Assembly: GCF_964194025.1 (NCBI RefSeq)
Contig: NC_134468.1
Location: 78,678,001-78,742,000, forward strand
Reading direction: 5' to 3'
Origin: Convolutriloba macropyga
Taxonomy: Eukaryota
DNA: 64,000 bases
Shown: in pieces, positions 63,531 to 64,000 of the stretch
Layout of the letters: the number at the start of each line of letters is the position of its first letter
How positions within the stretch are numbered: position 1 is the stretch's first letter
The notes under the pieces: generated by a model
Told to the model about the DNA's origin: nothing
The model's database searches: none
What the model saw: only the letters and a program-made list of their open reading frames with translations
Position numbers and translations under genes: made by a program

Positions 63531-64000
63531 CTCGGGTCGAGGTGTCAGCGCCATTCAACGCAAAATTATATAAGATAAGCAGTGAATGCGAACATTTTTG
63601 TAAGATAAGCGGTGAATGCAGTGAAAATACATAAATCAAGCGGTGAATGCGGTGAAAAACCTTTATCGCCAGGTAGCGGTGAAACTAAATATATTCACCG
63701 CTTCAATCAAAAAAGTGTCCAAATTATGTAGGATAAGCGGTGAATGCGGTGAACTTACATAAGTTCACCGCTTAGAAAAACTGTTTAATTGTGTGAGATC
63801 AGCAAAGAATGTGGTGAAATTAATGGGGAGTAAGGGAAGAATTGTTATATTTACCTTTCCACTAAATCTACCCCTTAATTTTACATCGCTTTGACACATT
63901 TTTCTAAGCGGTGATTTTATGTAAACTCGCACCAATAGAGTAAGTGATGAACTTCTCGCAAATCTTACAAAAATCCACCGCGCATGTTTTACAGAAAGTA
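63531..64000 (-). mobile_element. GCGGTGAA-subfamily MITE, inverted relative to 30953-31907, runs off the window
   Basis: CTCGGGTCGAGGTGTCA.. is colinear with the reverse complement of ~31250-31907. Confidence 0.85.

Noticed and set aside
1-64000. CRISPR arrays, rRNA or prokaryotic operons
   Set aside because: No regular repeat-spacer array or rRNA motif seen; the sequence is eukaryotic

Overview
AT-rich eukaryotic (invertebrate-like) genomic DNA, mostly transposable elements, with three assembly gaps (6705-6912, 33305-33504, 55385-55681). (1) Bases 1-11014 are a decayed Ty3/gypsy LTR element with ~1.6-kb LTRs, a tRNA-Arg-type PBS, gag/pol and a PPT. It also has a third, envelope-like ORF: signal peptide, furin site RQRR, Cys-rich ectodomain and TM anchor, resembling baculovirus-F/errantivirus class I fusion proteins. 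(2) Three ~3-kb Helentron-type non-autonomous elements (HINE/DINE-1 architecture) plus extra 3' ends. (3) Several CCCGGGTCGAG-terminated, 2-bp-TSD (CACTA/CMC-like) MITEs. They carry an internal Pol III A-box/B-box tRNA-like cassette and fall into two subfamilies whose subterminal motif differs by one base (GCGGTGAA vs GCGCTGAA). (4) A second gypsy relic arranged as a ~3-kb fold-back with a 95-bp-arm hairpin at its centre. (5) Penelope and RTE-LINE relics and small MITEs. (6) Two convergent, phase-consistent multi-exon host gene models not visible in the ORF track (+38565..49330 and -57814..54308), plus one possible membrane-protein exon. All family assignments come from motif recognition by eye; no searches were run.
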